Shown in pieces: positions 15,488 through 29,155 of a stretch of DNA of 64,000 nt. The stretch lies in the NCBI RefSeq assembly GCF_009914755.1, contig NC_060936.1; one strand, written 5' to 3'. Position 1 is the first letter of the stretch; the number at the start of each line of letters is the position of its first letter. The notes under the pieces are model-generated. The model saw only the letters and a list, made by a program, of their open reading frames with translations, searched no databases and had not been told where the DNA came from. A program made the position numbers and the translations under genes. Source of the stretch: the human T2T-CHM13v2.0 reference genome, Homo sapiens.

Positions 15488-16889
15488 GCTACAGAAATCT
15501 GTATAAGTAATGAGGAGCCAAGTGTTAATCGCCAAGAAAGTGGGGAAAATGTCTCCAGGGCATGTCACAGATCTTTGCAGCTGCCCCTCCCATTGCAGGC
15601 CTGGAGGCCGAGAAGGAAAAAAATGGTTTTGTTGGCCCCCTTGCTGTGTGCAGCATAGAGACTTAGTGCCCTGCATCCTAGCCACTCTAGCCATGGCTAA
15701 AAGGGATCAAGGTACAGCTTGGGCCATGGCTTCAGAGGGTGCAAGCCCCAAACCTTGGCAGCTTCCATGTGGTATTAAGCCTGTAGGTGCACAGAAGTCA
15801 AGAATTGGGATTTGGGAACCTCTGCCAAGATTTCAGAGGATGTATGGAAATGCCTGGATGTCCAGGCAGAAGTTTGCTGCAGGGGTGGGGCCCTCATGGA
15901 GAACCTCTGATAGGGGAGGGCAGAAGAGAAATGTGGAGTGGGCACCCCCACACAGAGTCCCCACTGGGGCACTGCCTAATAGAGCTGTGAAAAGAGGGCC
16001 ACTGTCCTCCAGATCCTAGTATGGTAGATCTGCCAACAGCTTGCACTGTGTGCCTGGAAAAGCAGCAGACACTCAATGCCAGCCCCTGAAAGCAGCCAGG
16101 AGGGAGGTTGCATTCTGCAAAGCCATGGGAGGTGCTGCCCAAGACCACGGGAACCCACATCTTGCAGCAATGTGACCTGGATGTGAGACATGGAGTCAAA
16201 GGAGATCATTTTGGAGCTTTAAGATTTGACTGCCTTGCTGGATTTCAGACTTACATGGGGCCTGTTGTTCCTTTGTTTTGGCCAGTTTCTCCCATTTGGA
16301 ACAGCTGTATTTATGCCTGTACCTCCATTGTACCTAGGAAGTAACTAACTTGCTTTTGATTTTACAGGCTTATAGGTGGAAAGGACTTGCCTTGTCTAAG
16401 ATGAGACTTTGGGCTGTGAACTTTGAGTTAATACTGAAATGAGTTAAGACATTGGGGGACTGTTGGGAAGGCATGATTGGTTTTTAAATGTGAGGATATG
16501 AGATTTGTGAGGGGCCAAGGATGGAATGATGTGGTCTGGCTCTGTCCCCACCTAAATCTCATCTTTAATTGTAGCTTCCAGAATTCCCACATGTTGTGGG
16601 AGGGACCTGGTGGGAGATAATTGAATCATGGGGGCAGTTTCCCCATACTGTTCTAGTGGTAGTGAATAAGTCTCATGAGATCTGATGATTTTATAAGGGG
16701 AAACCTCTTTCACTAGGATCTCATTCTGTCTCTTGCCTGCCAGCATGTTAGACGTGACTTTTGCCTCCCACCATGATTGTGAGGCATCCTCAGCCACGTG
16801 GAATTGTGAGTCCATTAAACCTCTTTTTCTTTATAAATTACCCAGTCTCAGGTATGTCCTGATCAGCAGCATAAAAGTGCACTAATATA
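15488..16889 (+). mobile_element. Second THE1 element: 5'-deleted internal region plus 3' LTR (16527-16889)
   Basis: Homologous to 1-2910. The LTR runs TGATGTGGTCTGGCTCTGTCCCCACC...ACTAATATA. Contains the MaLR-int ORF remnant 15510-16019. Confidence 0.88.
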
Positions 16890-16983
16890 GCCAGGCAGGT
16901 CTTGAACTCCTGACTTCAAGTAATCTGCCCACCTCTGCCTCCCAATGTCCTGAGATTACAGGCATGAGCCACCATGCCTGGCT
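16890..16983 (-). mobile_element. Alu left-arm fragment
   Basis: GCCAGGCAGGTCTTGAACTCCTGAC...GAGCCACCATGCCTGGC. Confidence 0.85.
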
Positions 16984-16984
16984 A

Positions 16985-17400
16985 TGTGATGGTTAATTTT
17001 ATGCGTTAACTGGGCTAAGGAATGCTCAGATAGCTTGTAAAACATTATTCCTGGGCTTGTCTGTGAAAGCATTTCTAGAAAAGATTAGAATTTGAATCAA
17101 TAGACTGAATAAAGATCACCCTCACTAATGTGGGTGGGCATCATCTAATTTTTTTAGGGCCTACAAACAGAACAAAAAAGCAGAAGCAGGGTTAATTTTC
17201 CCTCTGCTTCAGCTGGGACATCCTCTTTTCAGACATCAGTGCTCCTGGGACTTAAACTATTGGCTCCATTCTCAGGCCTTTGTGTTTGGACAGAGACAAA
17301 ATCACAGGTTTTTCAGGGTCTCCAGCTTACAGATATCAGATGGACTTTTCAGACTCCATAGTAATATAGGCCAATTCCTCATAATAAGTATTTTTCTATT
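16985..17400 (+). mobile_element. MLT2 (ERVL) LTR
   Basis: Starts TGTGATGGTTAATTTTATGCG, the typical MLT2 5' end. Confidence 0.75.
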
Positions 17401-17882
17401 TCTTATGGTAGCAATATTTATAATAGTAAAGACATGGAAACAAAACAAATGTTCATGAAGAGTTCACTGGACAGAGAAAATGTAGTATACACTGCAATGG
17501 AATGTTAATCAGCCTTTTTAAAAAAGGAGGGAATCCTACCATTTGTGACATCACAGAAAAACCTAGAGGTTATTACACTACATGAAATAAGCCAGTCACA
17601 AAAAGACAAATGCTCATGATTTCACTTATATAGGGTACCTGAAATAATCAAACTCATAAAAGCAAAGAATAAGTGGTGATTGCCAGGGGGTGGGGAAAGG
17701 GAAAATGGGAAATTATTTTCAATAGGTATAAAGGTACAAAGTTGTAATAGGTATAAAGTTTTAGTCATGCTAGATAAATAAGTCCTAGAGATCTTGTGTA
17801 CAACATAGTGCCATAGTTAACAATACAGTATTGTGCACTTTAAAATGTGTTGAGGATAGATCTTATGTTAAGTGTTCTTACC

Positions 17883-17923
<41 letters not shown>

Positions 17924-18062
17924 TTGGAGGTGATGGATATATTCAGTACCTTGGTTGTGGTGATGATATCACAGTTTTATGCATACATTCACATTCATCA
18001 AATCGTATACATTAAATATGTGCATTTTTGTATATCAAATATACCTCATTAAAGCGTTTAAA
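17400..18062 (+). mobile_element. L1M 3' end with an embedded (CA)n
   Basis: GAAATAAGCCAGTCACAAAAAGACAAATGCTCATGATTTCACTTATA is typical L1M 3' sequence. Confidence 0.75.
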
Positions 18063-18344
18063 AACACTGATATGATACTAAAATATATTCACATTGAAAA
18101 ATATTAAAAATAAATGCAAACCATTCTGTTATATAATGAATACTTAAAATTATTAGCATTATTAAGTATTTGCATGTTTAATTAAAGATTATATTTTATT
18201 ATTATGGGTCTAAGTAAGCCAAAATTAAATAGGCCAGGCAGAATAAACATTCTCAAGTAATCCAAGGTTTTTCTATGCCTCATCAACTTGCAGAGGATTA
18301 TAATTTTAGAGCAAGCAGTTATTTTATATATCAGCAAACACATG

Positions 18345-19047
18345 AGGAAACTTTTATGCAAATGCTGAAGGAAAAGTTTATAGTGCTAAATGCCCACATC
18401 AAAAAGTCTGACAAATCACAAACTGACAACCTAACAGCATACCTCAAGGAACTAGAAAAACGAGAACAAACCGAAACCCAAAGCTAGTAGAAGGAAAGAA
18501 ATAAAAAATATCAGAGCAGAACTCAATGAAATTGTAACCAAGAAATAATACAAAAGATTAATGAAGCAAGGAGTTTATTCCTTGAAAAGATAAACAAACT
18601 GACAGACCATTAGCTAGATTAACCAAGAAAAGAAGAGAGAAGTTTCAAATAAGTTCAATTAGAAATGAAAATGTAGACATTATGACCAACACTACAGACA
18701 TACAAAATATCATTCGAGCCTACTATGAATACCTCTATGCATACAAACTGAAAAATCTAGAGGAAATGGATAAATTCCTGGAAACATACAACCCTCCTAG
18801 CTTGAATCAGGAAGAAATAAAAACCTTGAACAGACCAGTAACAAGCAATGAGATTGAATCAGTAATTTAAAAATTGTCACAACAACTAAAAAAGTCTAGG
18901 GCCATACAGATTCACAGCCAAACTCTACCAGACGTTTAAGAAAAATTGGTACTGATCTTACTGAAACTATTCCAAAAGACTGAGAAAAAGAGAATCCCTT
19001 CATTCTATGAAGTTTTACTCTGATACCAAAGCCAGGAAAGGACATAA

Positions 19048-19083
<36 letters not shown>

Positions 19084-21460
19084 AAGCTACAGAACACACT
19101 AATATCCCCGATGAACATGGATGAAAAAATCTTCAATAAAATACTAGCAAACTGAATCCAACAGCACATCAACAAGATAATACAACATGATCAAGTGGGT
19201 TTCATCCCAGGAATGCAGGGAGGGTTCAACATATTCAGCTCAATAAATATGATTCATCACATAAACAGAAGTAAAAACAGAAACCGTATAATCATCTCAA
19301 TAGATGCAGAAAAAGTATTCAATAAAATCTAGTTTCATTTTCTGATAAAAAAAAACCTCAACAAACTAGGAATAGGAGGAAAATAACTCAAAATAATAAA
19401 AGCCATGTATGACAGACTCACAACCAACATCATACTGAGTGGGGAAAGGTTGAAAGCATTCCCCCTAAAAACTGGAACAAGACAAGGATGCCCACTTTTA
19501 CCACTTATTTTCAACATATTACTGGAAGTCTTAGCCAGGGAATCGGGCAAGAGAAAGAAATAAATGGAATCTAAGTTGGAAAAGATGAAGTCAAATTATA
19601 TGTTTGCTGATGATATGATCATATACCTATAGAATCCTAAAAACTCTTCCAAAAGACTCCTAGATTTGATAAAGGGATTCAATAAAGTACCAGATTACAA
19701 AATCAATGTATGCAAATTAGCAGCACTGCAATACATCAATAATGACCAAGCTGAGAATCAAATAAAAAACTTAGCTCCTTTTACAATAGCTGGAAAAATA
19801 AAATAAAACAGAATACCTAGGAATATACTAAGCCAAGGAGGTAAAAGATCTTTACAAGCAGAACTACAAAACACTGCCAAAAGAAATCACAGATGACACA
19901 AACAAATGGAAATACATACCATGCTCATGGATTAGAAGGATCGATATTGCAAAAATGACCATGCTGCCCAAAGCAACCTATGGATTCAATGCAATTCCTA
20001 GCAAACTACCAAAATCATTTTTCTTGAAATTAGAAAAAACAATCCAAAAATTTATATGGAACCCCAAAAAAGAGCCCAGATAGCCAAAGCAATCCTAAGC
20101 AAAAAGAACAAACTTGGAGGCGTCACATTACCCAACTACAAATTATACTATAAGGCTATAGTAACCAAATCAACATGATACTGGTATAAATGTAGATACA
20201 CAGACCAATGGAACAGAAAAAAGAGAATGCAGAAATAGAGCCAAATACTTACAACCAACAGATCTTTGACAAAGCATGCAGAAACATAAATTGGGGAAAC
20301 GACACCCTATTCAATAAATGGTTTTGGGAAAACTGGATAGCCATCTGTGGAAGAATTAAACTAGATCCCTATCTATCACCATATACAAAAGTTAACTCAA
20401 GATTGATAAAAGATTTAAATCTAAGATCTGACACCATAAAAATTCTAGAAGAAAATCAAAAAAACTCTTCTGGACATTGGCCTAGAGCAATAATTTATTA
20501 CTAAGACCCCAAAAGCAAGTACAACAAAAATAAAAATAAATAAATGTGATCTGATTAAATGAAAATGCTTCTGCACAGGAAAAGAAATAATCATCAAAGT
20601 ATACAGACAACCCACAGAAAGGGAGAAAATATTTGCAAACTATACATCTGGCAAAGGACTAATATTTAGAATCTACAAGGAACTCGAACAAATTAGCAAG
20701 GAAAAAATCCCATCAAAAAGTGGGCAAATCATATGAATAAATATTTCTCAAAATAAGACATACAAATGGCCGAAAAACATATAAAAAAATCAACATCACT
20801 AATTATCAGGGAAATGCAAATTAAAAGCCCAACGAGATGCCACCTTACTCCAGCCAGAATGGCTATTAATAAAAAGTCAAAAAATAATAGATGTTGGCAT
20901 GGATGTGGTAAAAAAAAAAAAAAAAAAAAATGGAACACTTATGCTCTGCTGGTAGGAATGTAGATTAGTACAAACTCCGCAACGAAAAGCAGTATGGAGG
21001 TCTCTTGAAGAACTAAAAGTAGATCTACCATTTTATCCAGCAGTATCAAAGGAAAAAGAAAAGAAGTCATTACATCAAGAAGACACCTATATGCACATAT
21101 TCATCACAGCACAATCCACAATAGCAAAGATGTTGAACCAAGCTAAGTGCCCATCAACCAGTGAGTGAATAAATAAAATGTGGTGTGTAGACACCATGGA
21201 ATACTAGTCAGCCATAAAAAGAATCACATTATATTTTCACTATAAGTGGGAATGCAGAGGCATACAGAGTGGTATAATGGACATTGGAGACTCAGAAAGG
21301 GGGAGAAGAGGAGTGGGTGAGGAATTAAAAAAACATATGTGGGTACAATGTAGACTACTCAGGTAACTAGTGCAGTAAAATCACGGACTTTACCACTGTA
21401 TAATTCATCCATGTAACCAAAAGCCACTGTACCCCTAAAGCTATCAAAATTTTTTTTAAA
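18345..21460 (+). mobile_element. 5'-truncated L1PB-like element (ORF2 remnant plus 3' UTR)
   Basis: ORF2 fragments ([15 protein letters not shown]; TTTGCTGATGATATGATC = FADDMI; [14 protein letters not shown]; [10 protein letters not shown]), many stops and frameshifts. Expanded internal A-runs at 19049-19081 and 20909-20930. Confidence 0.92.
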
Positions 21461-22213
21461 AAGAGAAAGAGACTTGGCCAAATTATCAAAGCTGGGTAAG
21501 TTAAGAACCAGGACAAAGTATTGAATTGATATTGAGGTGATGAAGCTAAAATATGACATTTGACTGAGTTTTAAGTTCTCTTTTTTAACCAGTTTTATTA
21601 AGGTGTAATTGACAAATGAAAATGATATATATTCAAAGTGTACAAAATGATGCTTTGATATATGTATACACTGTGAAATGATTACTGCAATAAAGCAAAT
21701 TAACATATTCATCAAATTTGGGTCTGGGTAAGGGAATTAAGAAGGAAAACTTGGTATGATAAACATGCAAGAGTAGCATAAGGGACGGAGTCTGCATGTC
21801 TTGTTCCAATGGCTATCTTGAGTTATTGTCAGTCTGGTACACACTTGTATCATCTTGACAATGGCTGTGTTGTTAATGAACCAGCCTGAGGTAATCTCTA
21901 GATGGGGAGGATTCCACAGCCGGATCTCCATGCTGGGTTTATTTCAAGATTAGCCCCTGTCATTTCTAAACAAGTACATAATTAGATAAACTAGCCCAGT
22001 GCAAAAAGTACCCAGTGGGAGGGGAGGGAAATAAAAGGCTTCAAAGAATATTCCAAGGCCAGAGGGAAGAAAAGAAGCATTTTAAAATGAATTATGAAGC
22101 TAAGTTACTTGGTTATGTTATTATGCATTATAAATTGAAATTCAATGGAATACTTAAAAATATTTTATTAGTAAAATCAAAATTACAAAAATCTTTAAAT
22201 AAATACAGATTAA

Positions 22214-23340
22214 AGCCAGGCATGGTGGCTCATACCTGTAATTCCAACACTTGGAGGCCAAGGCAGGCAGATCTCTTGACTCCAGGAGTTCAAGACACCT
22301 GGATATCATGGTGAAACCCCATCTCTACAAAAAAAAAATGATACAGAAGGGGGTCAGGGAAGTGCTGGGTAGAGAGGGTGAGGTCTCTGGCAAGCAGTCC
22401 ACACTTGGGCCTGTGCCAACAGACTTAAGTGAGAACAGGCACTCCTGTTTTCATGCCCAAATGTTGCATTTTCCAAGACCATTCTGGCCTACCATGCCCC
22501 CCATCCTATGCCCATATAAACCCAAGACCTTAGTGGGCACACATGCAAGTGGCTGAACGTCGAGACCAGCAGGCCAGCAGACCAGACATGGCAGAATGAC
22601 ATGACAAGAAAGAGAGAAGAGGAGGGATGTCTGGATGCTGAGGGGAGTTTGGCTGGGGGTGTTCATAGAAGAGTCTGGCCACTGGGCAGCCCGACTCCAA
22701 GGAAAGACCACCATCCCACTCCACCCCTGCTTCTGGCTTCCCATACTTCTCATTGAGAGCCACCTCCACTACTCAATAAAGCCTTGCACTCATCCTTTAA
22801 GCCCATGTATGGTCCAATTCTTTTGGGACACTGGGCAAGAGCTCAGGATACCGAAGGCTGTCACACTGGCCCTCTGCCCTTGTGATAAGGCAGAAGGTCC
22901 ATTGAGCTGATTAACATACAGGCTGTCTGCAGGCAGGAAATCTGAAAGAGCCATGCCCATGCCCACTTGGGCTTCTGGAATTGCAGACACCCACCCCTAG
23001 ACACTGCCATGGGGCCAGAGCCCAAAAGCACTTGCCCTGGCCTCTGCACCTGCCTGTCTGCATGCTCTCCCTACCCACTACGGGTTTGAGCTTTGGGGCA
23101 ACCAAGCAGGTGAGCCACACCCCTGTCACATGCCCTGAGAGGGGAATAAAAAGCTCTTCTGTTTCAAAAATACAAAAAAAATTAGTAGGGTGTGGTGGTG
23201 CATGCCTGTAGTCCCAGCCACTCAGGAGACTGAGGTGGGAGGATCACCCCAACCTGAGGCCGAGGCTGCAGTGAGCTGAGATCATGCTAGTGCACTCCAG
23301 CCTGGGTGACAGAGTGAGACCCTGTCTCAAAAAATAAAAC
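22214..23340 (+). mobile_element. AluJ-like element split at its A-rich linker by an LTR
   Basis: Left arm 22214-22338, right arm 23167-23340. Confidence 0.88.
22339..23166 (+). mobile_element. Solo ERV1-class LTR (LTR1/MER52-like)
   Basis: TG...CA termini, TATA-like CATATAAA at ~22513, AATAAA at ~22775, flanked by AAAA. Confidence 0.8.
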
Positions 23341-23393
23341 AATAAATATAGATTTGTTGCTTTCAAAGACTACAATTACTATAAATTAAATAT

Positions 23394-24232
23394 TGCTATG
23401 GCTTAATTAAATGTTTATGTCCCCTCAAAATCCATATATTGAATTCCTGCCAAGCTGTCTCTTGTGGAGAAAATCTACAATCTGAAGAGAATCCCCTTTT
23501 TTTTGAGGTCTTTTTCCCTGATTCAGGAGAAAATTAACTAAGAGTTTGGCTCCCTTTTAAGTCTGATAAGAAACACAATCTATTCTCTCTGAAGCCTGCT
23601 ACCTGGAGTCTTAATTTGCATAAAAAAACTCTTGGTCTCTACAAGCCCTTATCTTAACATAGACACTCAACACTATTGATTCCAGGTCTTTAGATAAACT
23701 CTCTCTACCAATTGCCCTGTGAATCCACCTGGAAACTCCCACTTCGAGTTGTCCCGCCTTTTCAGATCAAACCAATGTACATCTTACATGTATTGATTGA
23801 TGTCTTATGTTTCCCTAAAATGCATAAAACCAAGCTGTAGCCTGACCGCCGTGGGCACATGTTCTCAGGATCTCCTGAGGGCTATGTCACAAGCCATTGG
23901 GTGGCCATATTTGGTTCAGAATACATTTCTTCAAATATATTTTTTAAATCTATATATTGAAATTCTAATCACCAAGGTGATGGTATTAGAAGGTCGAGCC
24001 TTTGAGAGATGACTAGGTTGTGAGGCTTCTGTCTTCATGAATGGGATTGGTGCACTTATAGCTAGTCCCTTCCACCATATGAGGGTGCGGCGAGAAGACT
24101 TCTTCTCTGAGCCAGATGGTCCTCACCAGACACCAAATCCACGGACTCCTTGATCTCAAACTTCCAGCCTCCAGAACTATCAAAAATAAATTTCCATTTT
24201 CTTGATGTATTGCATTTTATTATAGCAGCTCT
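23394..24232 (+). mobile_element. MLT1 (MaLR) LTR interrupted by a MER4-type LTR fragment (23449-23945)
   Basis: MLT1 start TGCTATGG...ATGTTTATGTCCCCTCAAAATCCATATATTGAA resumes at 23946. The insert has MER4-like motifs (CAATGTACATCTTACATGTATTGATTGATGTC; GGGCACATGTTCTCAGGATCTCCTGAGGGCT). Confidence 0.72.
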
Positions 24233-24716
24233 AAAAAAAGTACTTTATATTTGTTTCATATTATTAGAGCTACTATAAAATAGCAATAAAATAAAATTAT
24301 TTGGTTTTATATGTATATATAAAATTGGTCAGTTATATATATATGAAACAATTTTACATGATTTGAGATATATATTCACACTATATATATAAAATACTTG
24401 AATATTTTGGATATATATTTTGGATATATATCCAAAATATTTATATATTTATATATATATATATATATATATATTCAAAGTCAAATACAATCAGTAGGGT
24501 ACACTACAAATATATATTAGCACAACTTACTTAAATTCAAATCAAAGAATCGTATACACTCTGCAAGAACCTGTGTTATGTAATGTGGTTAATATAAGCT
24601 GAAAAAGGCATGGCTCCTGTGCTTCAGGAAATCCAAAAGTAATGAGGAAGGCAGACACATACATGGCATGCATAGATGGGTATAACACATAAGTTGAGAA
24701 AAGGAAAAAGAAGAAT

Positions 24717-25012
<296 letters not shown>

Positions 25013-25275
25013 AGAAAGAAAAAGGAAAGAAAAGAAAGAGAGAGAGAGAGAGAGAAAGGAAGGAAGGAAAGAGAAGGGAAGGAAAGGGAAGGGAAGAGAG
25101 GGAGAGAGAAAGAGAGAGAAGGAAGGAAGGAAGGAAGGAAGGAAAGAGAAAGAAAGAAAGAAAGAGAGAAAGAAAGAAAGAAAAGAAAAAAACAAAGAAG
25201 GAGGAAGGGAGGAAAGGAAGGAAGGAAGGCAGGAAGGAAGGAAGGAAAGAAAGAAGGAAGGAAAGGAAGGAGAGT
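25013..25275. repeat. Polypurine (GA/GAAA/GGAA)n compound microsatellite
   Basis: About 260 bp that are almost purely A/G. Confidence 0.96.
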
Positions 25276-25692
25276 GTGAGGAAATGAGTGACTAGCAAAT
25301 GGATATTTTGAAAGGTCCTCTTTAAGCAGAACCTTGAATTAGCTTGATTCAATCATTCTATATTGTACACACATGTCATAATATCCTTGCATAGCCCATA
25401 TTTATATGCAATTATAATTTATCAAAAAAATAAAAATAATTGTTTTTAAAAAGAAGATCCTTGGCAGCTAATCATAACATCAGCAAATGGGGATGAATAA
25501 ATAGTCCTATCAGGAAAAGAATGAAAAATAAAAAAGCTATGGCAATCAATGAATGAAGGGTAGAAAACAACCAATAATTCTATGTTAGTAGAGAATTTGG
25601 ATGTCAGTTTATGGAAGGTTAAAGAGATTATTCTGTTTGTGTTGGTGAACAACAAAGACTTTGCAGGAAAGCAGTAACATGATCAGATATAT

Positions 25693-26461
<769 letters not shown>

Positions 26462-28077
26462 GGATCAGATATATTTAAGGAAGTTGACATGGTACAATAA
26501 GCAGGCTAACTAGATAAGACAACCAAGAATATTAGGTATGGTATCCAGATATGGGGTCCAGACTAGGGTCTTATTAACAGAAATAAAAAGGAGACAATGA
26601 GGCAAGAGATATTTTGAAAACAGAATGAACAGAAAAATGGCACCAAATAGGATTCCAGTCGTTTCAGCCATGTTAGCTGGGAGAACCTGTGATGCCATTG
26701 ATATAGAGAATGACAATAATGGAAGTCTCTTGGGAATATCCATGTGAAACTGACAGTAGGCCAAAAAAGAGACTAACCAATAGGAGAAAAGCAAGAAAAA
26801 GATGGTGATTCAATAGTTATTTCATTTAGATGAAACTGTGAGCACAGATGAAACTACAAAGAAGAGTATAAAGTGAAAGAAGAGGGAGAAGAAAAGCAAG
26901 TGCAAGAAATGTACAAATTCAAGAAAGAGACATTTGTTTCAAAATAGTAGTGTAGAGTTGGCATTTCTGACTTTTCCTGGAACTCATCCAAAAGCAATGA
27001 GGAAAAAGAAGAATAAAAGACTAAAGCTATTTTTGGCAAGATGAGAAGTCAGTTAAAACTTCACCATAATATAGGTGAAACGAATTTCAAACAGCAAATT
27101 CTTACAAGGGAGCAGAGAAAAAACATGCTGCTGCTGTTCACCTCAGAAGGAGCCAGAATGAAAGGACATTTCATGAAACACGGTGACACCCTAAAGTGCA
27201 AAAATCTATGTCCCTGGTCCACAATGGTAGGAAGAAAAAGCATGCACTAAATATAAGAAGTCAGTTTGTTTTCAAATGGTGCAGGCTAGGCCACATGAGG
27301 AACCACACACAGGGGCCGTTTTGGTTGAAGCAGGCCTTCTCTGTGGCAGTAGAGGAGAGACTTTGCCTTGTTAAAGAAACAAACAAAACTTAGCTTGCCT
27401 ATCCAGCTATTCTGACACAAGACCTTGGTCCTCCCTCACGCCCACAAATTCCTGTAGCTATCTGGAGGAATGTACTTGTTTCAGTGATAAATAATAAGAA
27501 GGAAGTCTGTTCAGAACCCACATAAAGATTCTAGAAGGAGGGGGAATATAAGAATGGGGTGGGGGGATAGGAAGAAACAGGAAAATCAACTGACACATTA
27601 GGGACACTCAGCAGAATAATTTTGCAAAGGATTAAATAAAAATTCTTGCCGGATGTTTGATATAAATGAGAAAATCTTAATGTAGCAATTGCCTCTGTGG
27701 AAAAAAAAAAAAAAAAAAAAAAGCAGCAGCAGCAGCAGCAAAGATCCACCAACTCAGCAAAGATTTAGTGAGAAAATAGAATGAGATGAAATAAAAGCTG
27801 GGAGAAATCAGAAATGAGGGGAATACATAGAATCATTACAGAACAAATATGAGGTGGAAGAGACACAGGGGGAAACAGGTACTGGTGAAAGTACAGCAAG
27901 TGACATCAAAGATAAAAATCAAGTGAGCTCACAAAATTCAATGAAAATGAAGAGTTACACATGATTAGAGAAAAAGTAATAGAAATTGACAAAAGGCAAA
28001 GACAGATAATACACGTCACCAAAATTCCCATGTTAAATAAAACTTCAATAATAGGACAGAAGATGCATTTGAAGTGA

Positions 28078-28516
28078 CAGATGACCCTTGAACAACACAT
28101 GTTTGAACTACGAAGTCCACTTCCATGCAGACTTTCTTCCACCTCTGCCACCCCTGAAACAGAAGATCAACTGTTCTTCTTTCTCCTCCTCCTCAGTCTA
28201 CTCAGTGTGAAGACAATGAGGATAAAGACCTTTACAATGATCCACTTTCACTTAATAAAAGGTAAATATATTTTTCTGTTACGATTTTCTTAACAACATT
28301 GTCTTTTCTCTAGCTTACTTTATTGTAAGAATACACTGTAAACACGTGGAACATACAAAATAAATGTTAATAGGTGGTTTACGTTATCAGTGAGTCTTCC
28401 AGTCAACAGTAGGCTGTTAAGTAGTTAAGTTTTGGGGGAGCAAAAATTTATACACAGATTTTTGACTGCACAAGGGGTTAGCACTCCTAACCCCAACGTT
28501 GTTCAAAGGTCAACTG
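28078..28516 (+). mobile_element. Tigger2a/MER28-type DNA transposon
   Basis: TIRs CAGATGACCCTTGAACAAC and GTTGTTCAAAGGTCAACTG, followed by TA. Confidence 0.85.
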
Positions 28517-28917
28517 TATACTAACAAAATTTCCTGAAATAAAAGTGGGTATGAATCTCTTCAGGGAAGCAATCAACCCTAGCTCTGAAGTCTTACCATT
28601 TCCCCAGTCTCTGCTTAGGAACAGGGCATTGGTCTCTTCTGCTTTCGGAGTCTTCAAGGTTACCTGGTATTTTTGCTCCCCTCCTTATACCAGTAGCCTG
28701 GTATATATTCTGGACACACTTAAGTGAAAAGAGGAGTTTTCTTTTAGTACATAGTACTTTTAAAATACATGAACCAAAGCTACATCTGTACACATGTACA
28801 TGTGTCCATGTATATGTACACATATACATGCGTAACCAAAGACATATATGAACCATAATAGGGTAAGTGTCTGTGAACAGGAAGAGAAAGTTAGTGGGGA
28901 GTAAGAATGAAAGGGAA

Positions 28918-29155
28918 GGCCGGGCGCGGTGGCTCACGCCTGTAATCCCAGCACTTTGCGAGGCCGAGGCGGGCAGATCAGGAGGTCAGGAGATCGAGAC
29001 CATCCTGGCTAACACGGTAAAACCCCGTCTCTACTAAAAATACAAAAAATTAGCCGGGCGTGGAGGCAGGCGCCTGTAGTCCCAGCTGCTCAGGAGCTTG
29101 AGGCAGGAGAATGGCGCAAACCGGGGAGGCGGAGCTTGCAGTGAACCGAGATCAC
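28918..29155 (+). mobile_element. AluY, 3'-truncated
   Basis: AluY diagnostics (GAGATCGAGACCATCCTGGCTAACACGG, GGAGCTTGCAGTG). Stops at CCGAGATCAC with no tail. Confidence 0.9.

Noticed and set aside
15510-16019. 169-aa ORF as a host gene
   Set aside because: THE1 internal ORF remnant; the homologous copy at 1-2590 is broken. No splice or conservation evidence visible.
18345-21460. Active L1
   Set aside because: 5'-truncated, with many stops and frameshifts in ORF2.
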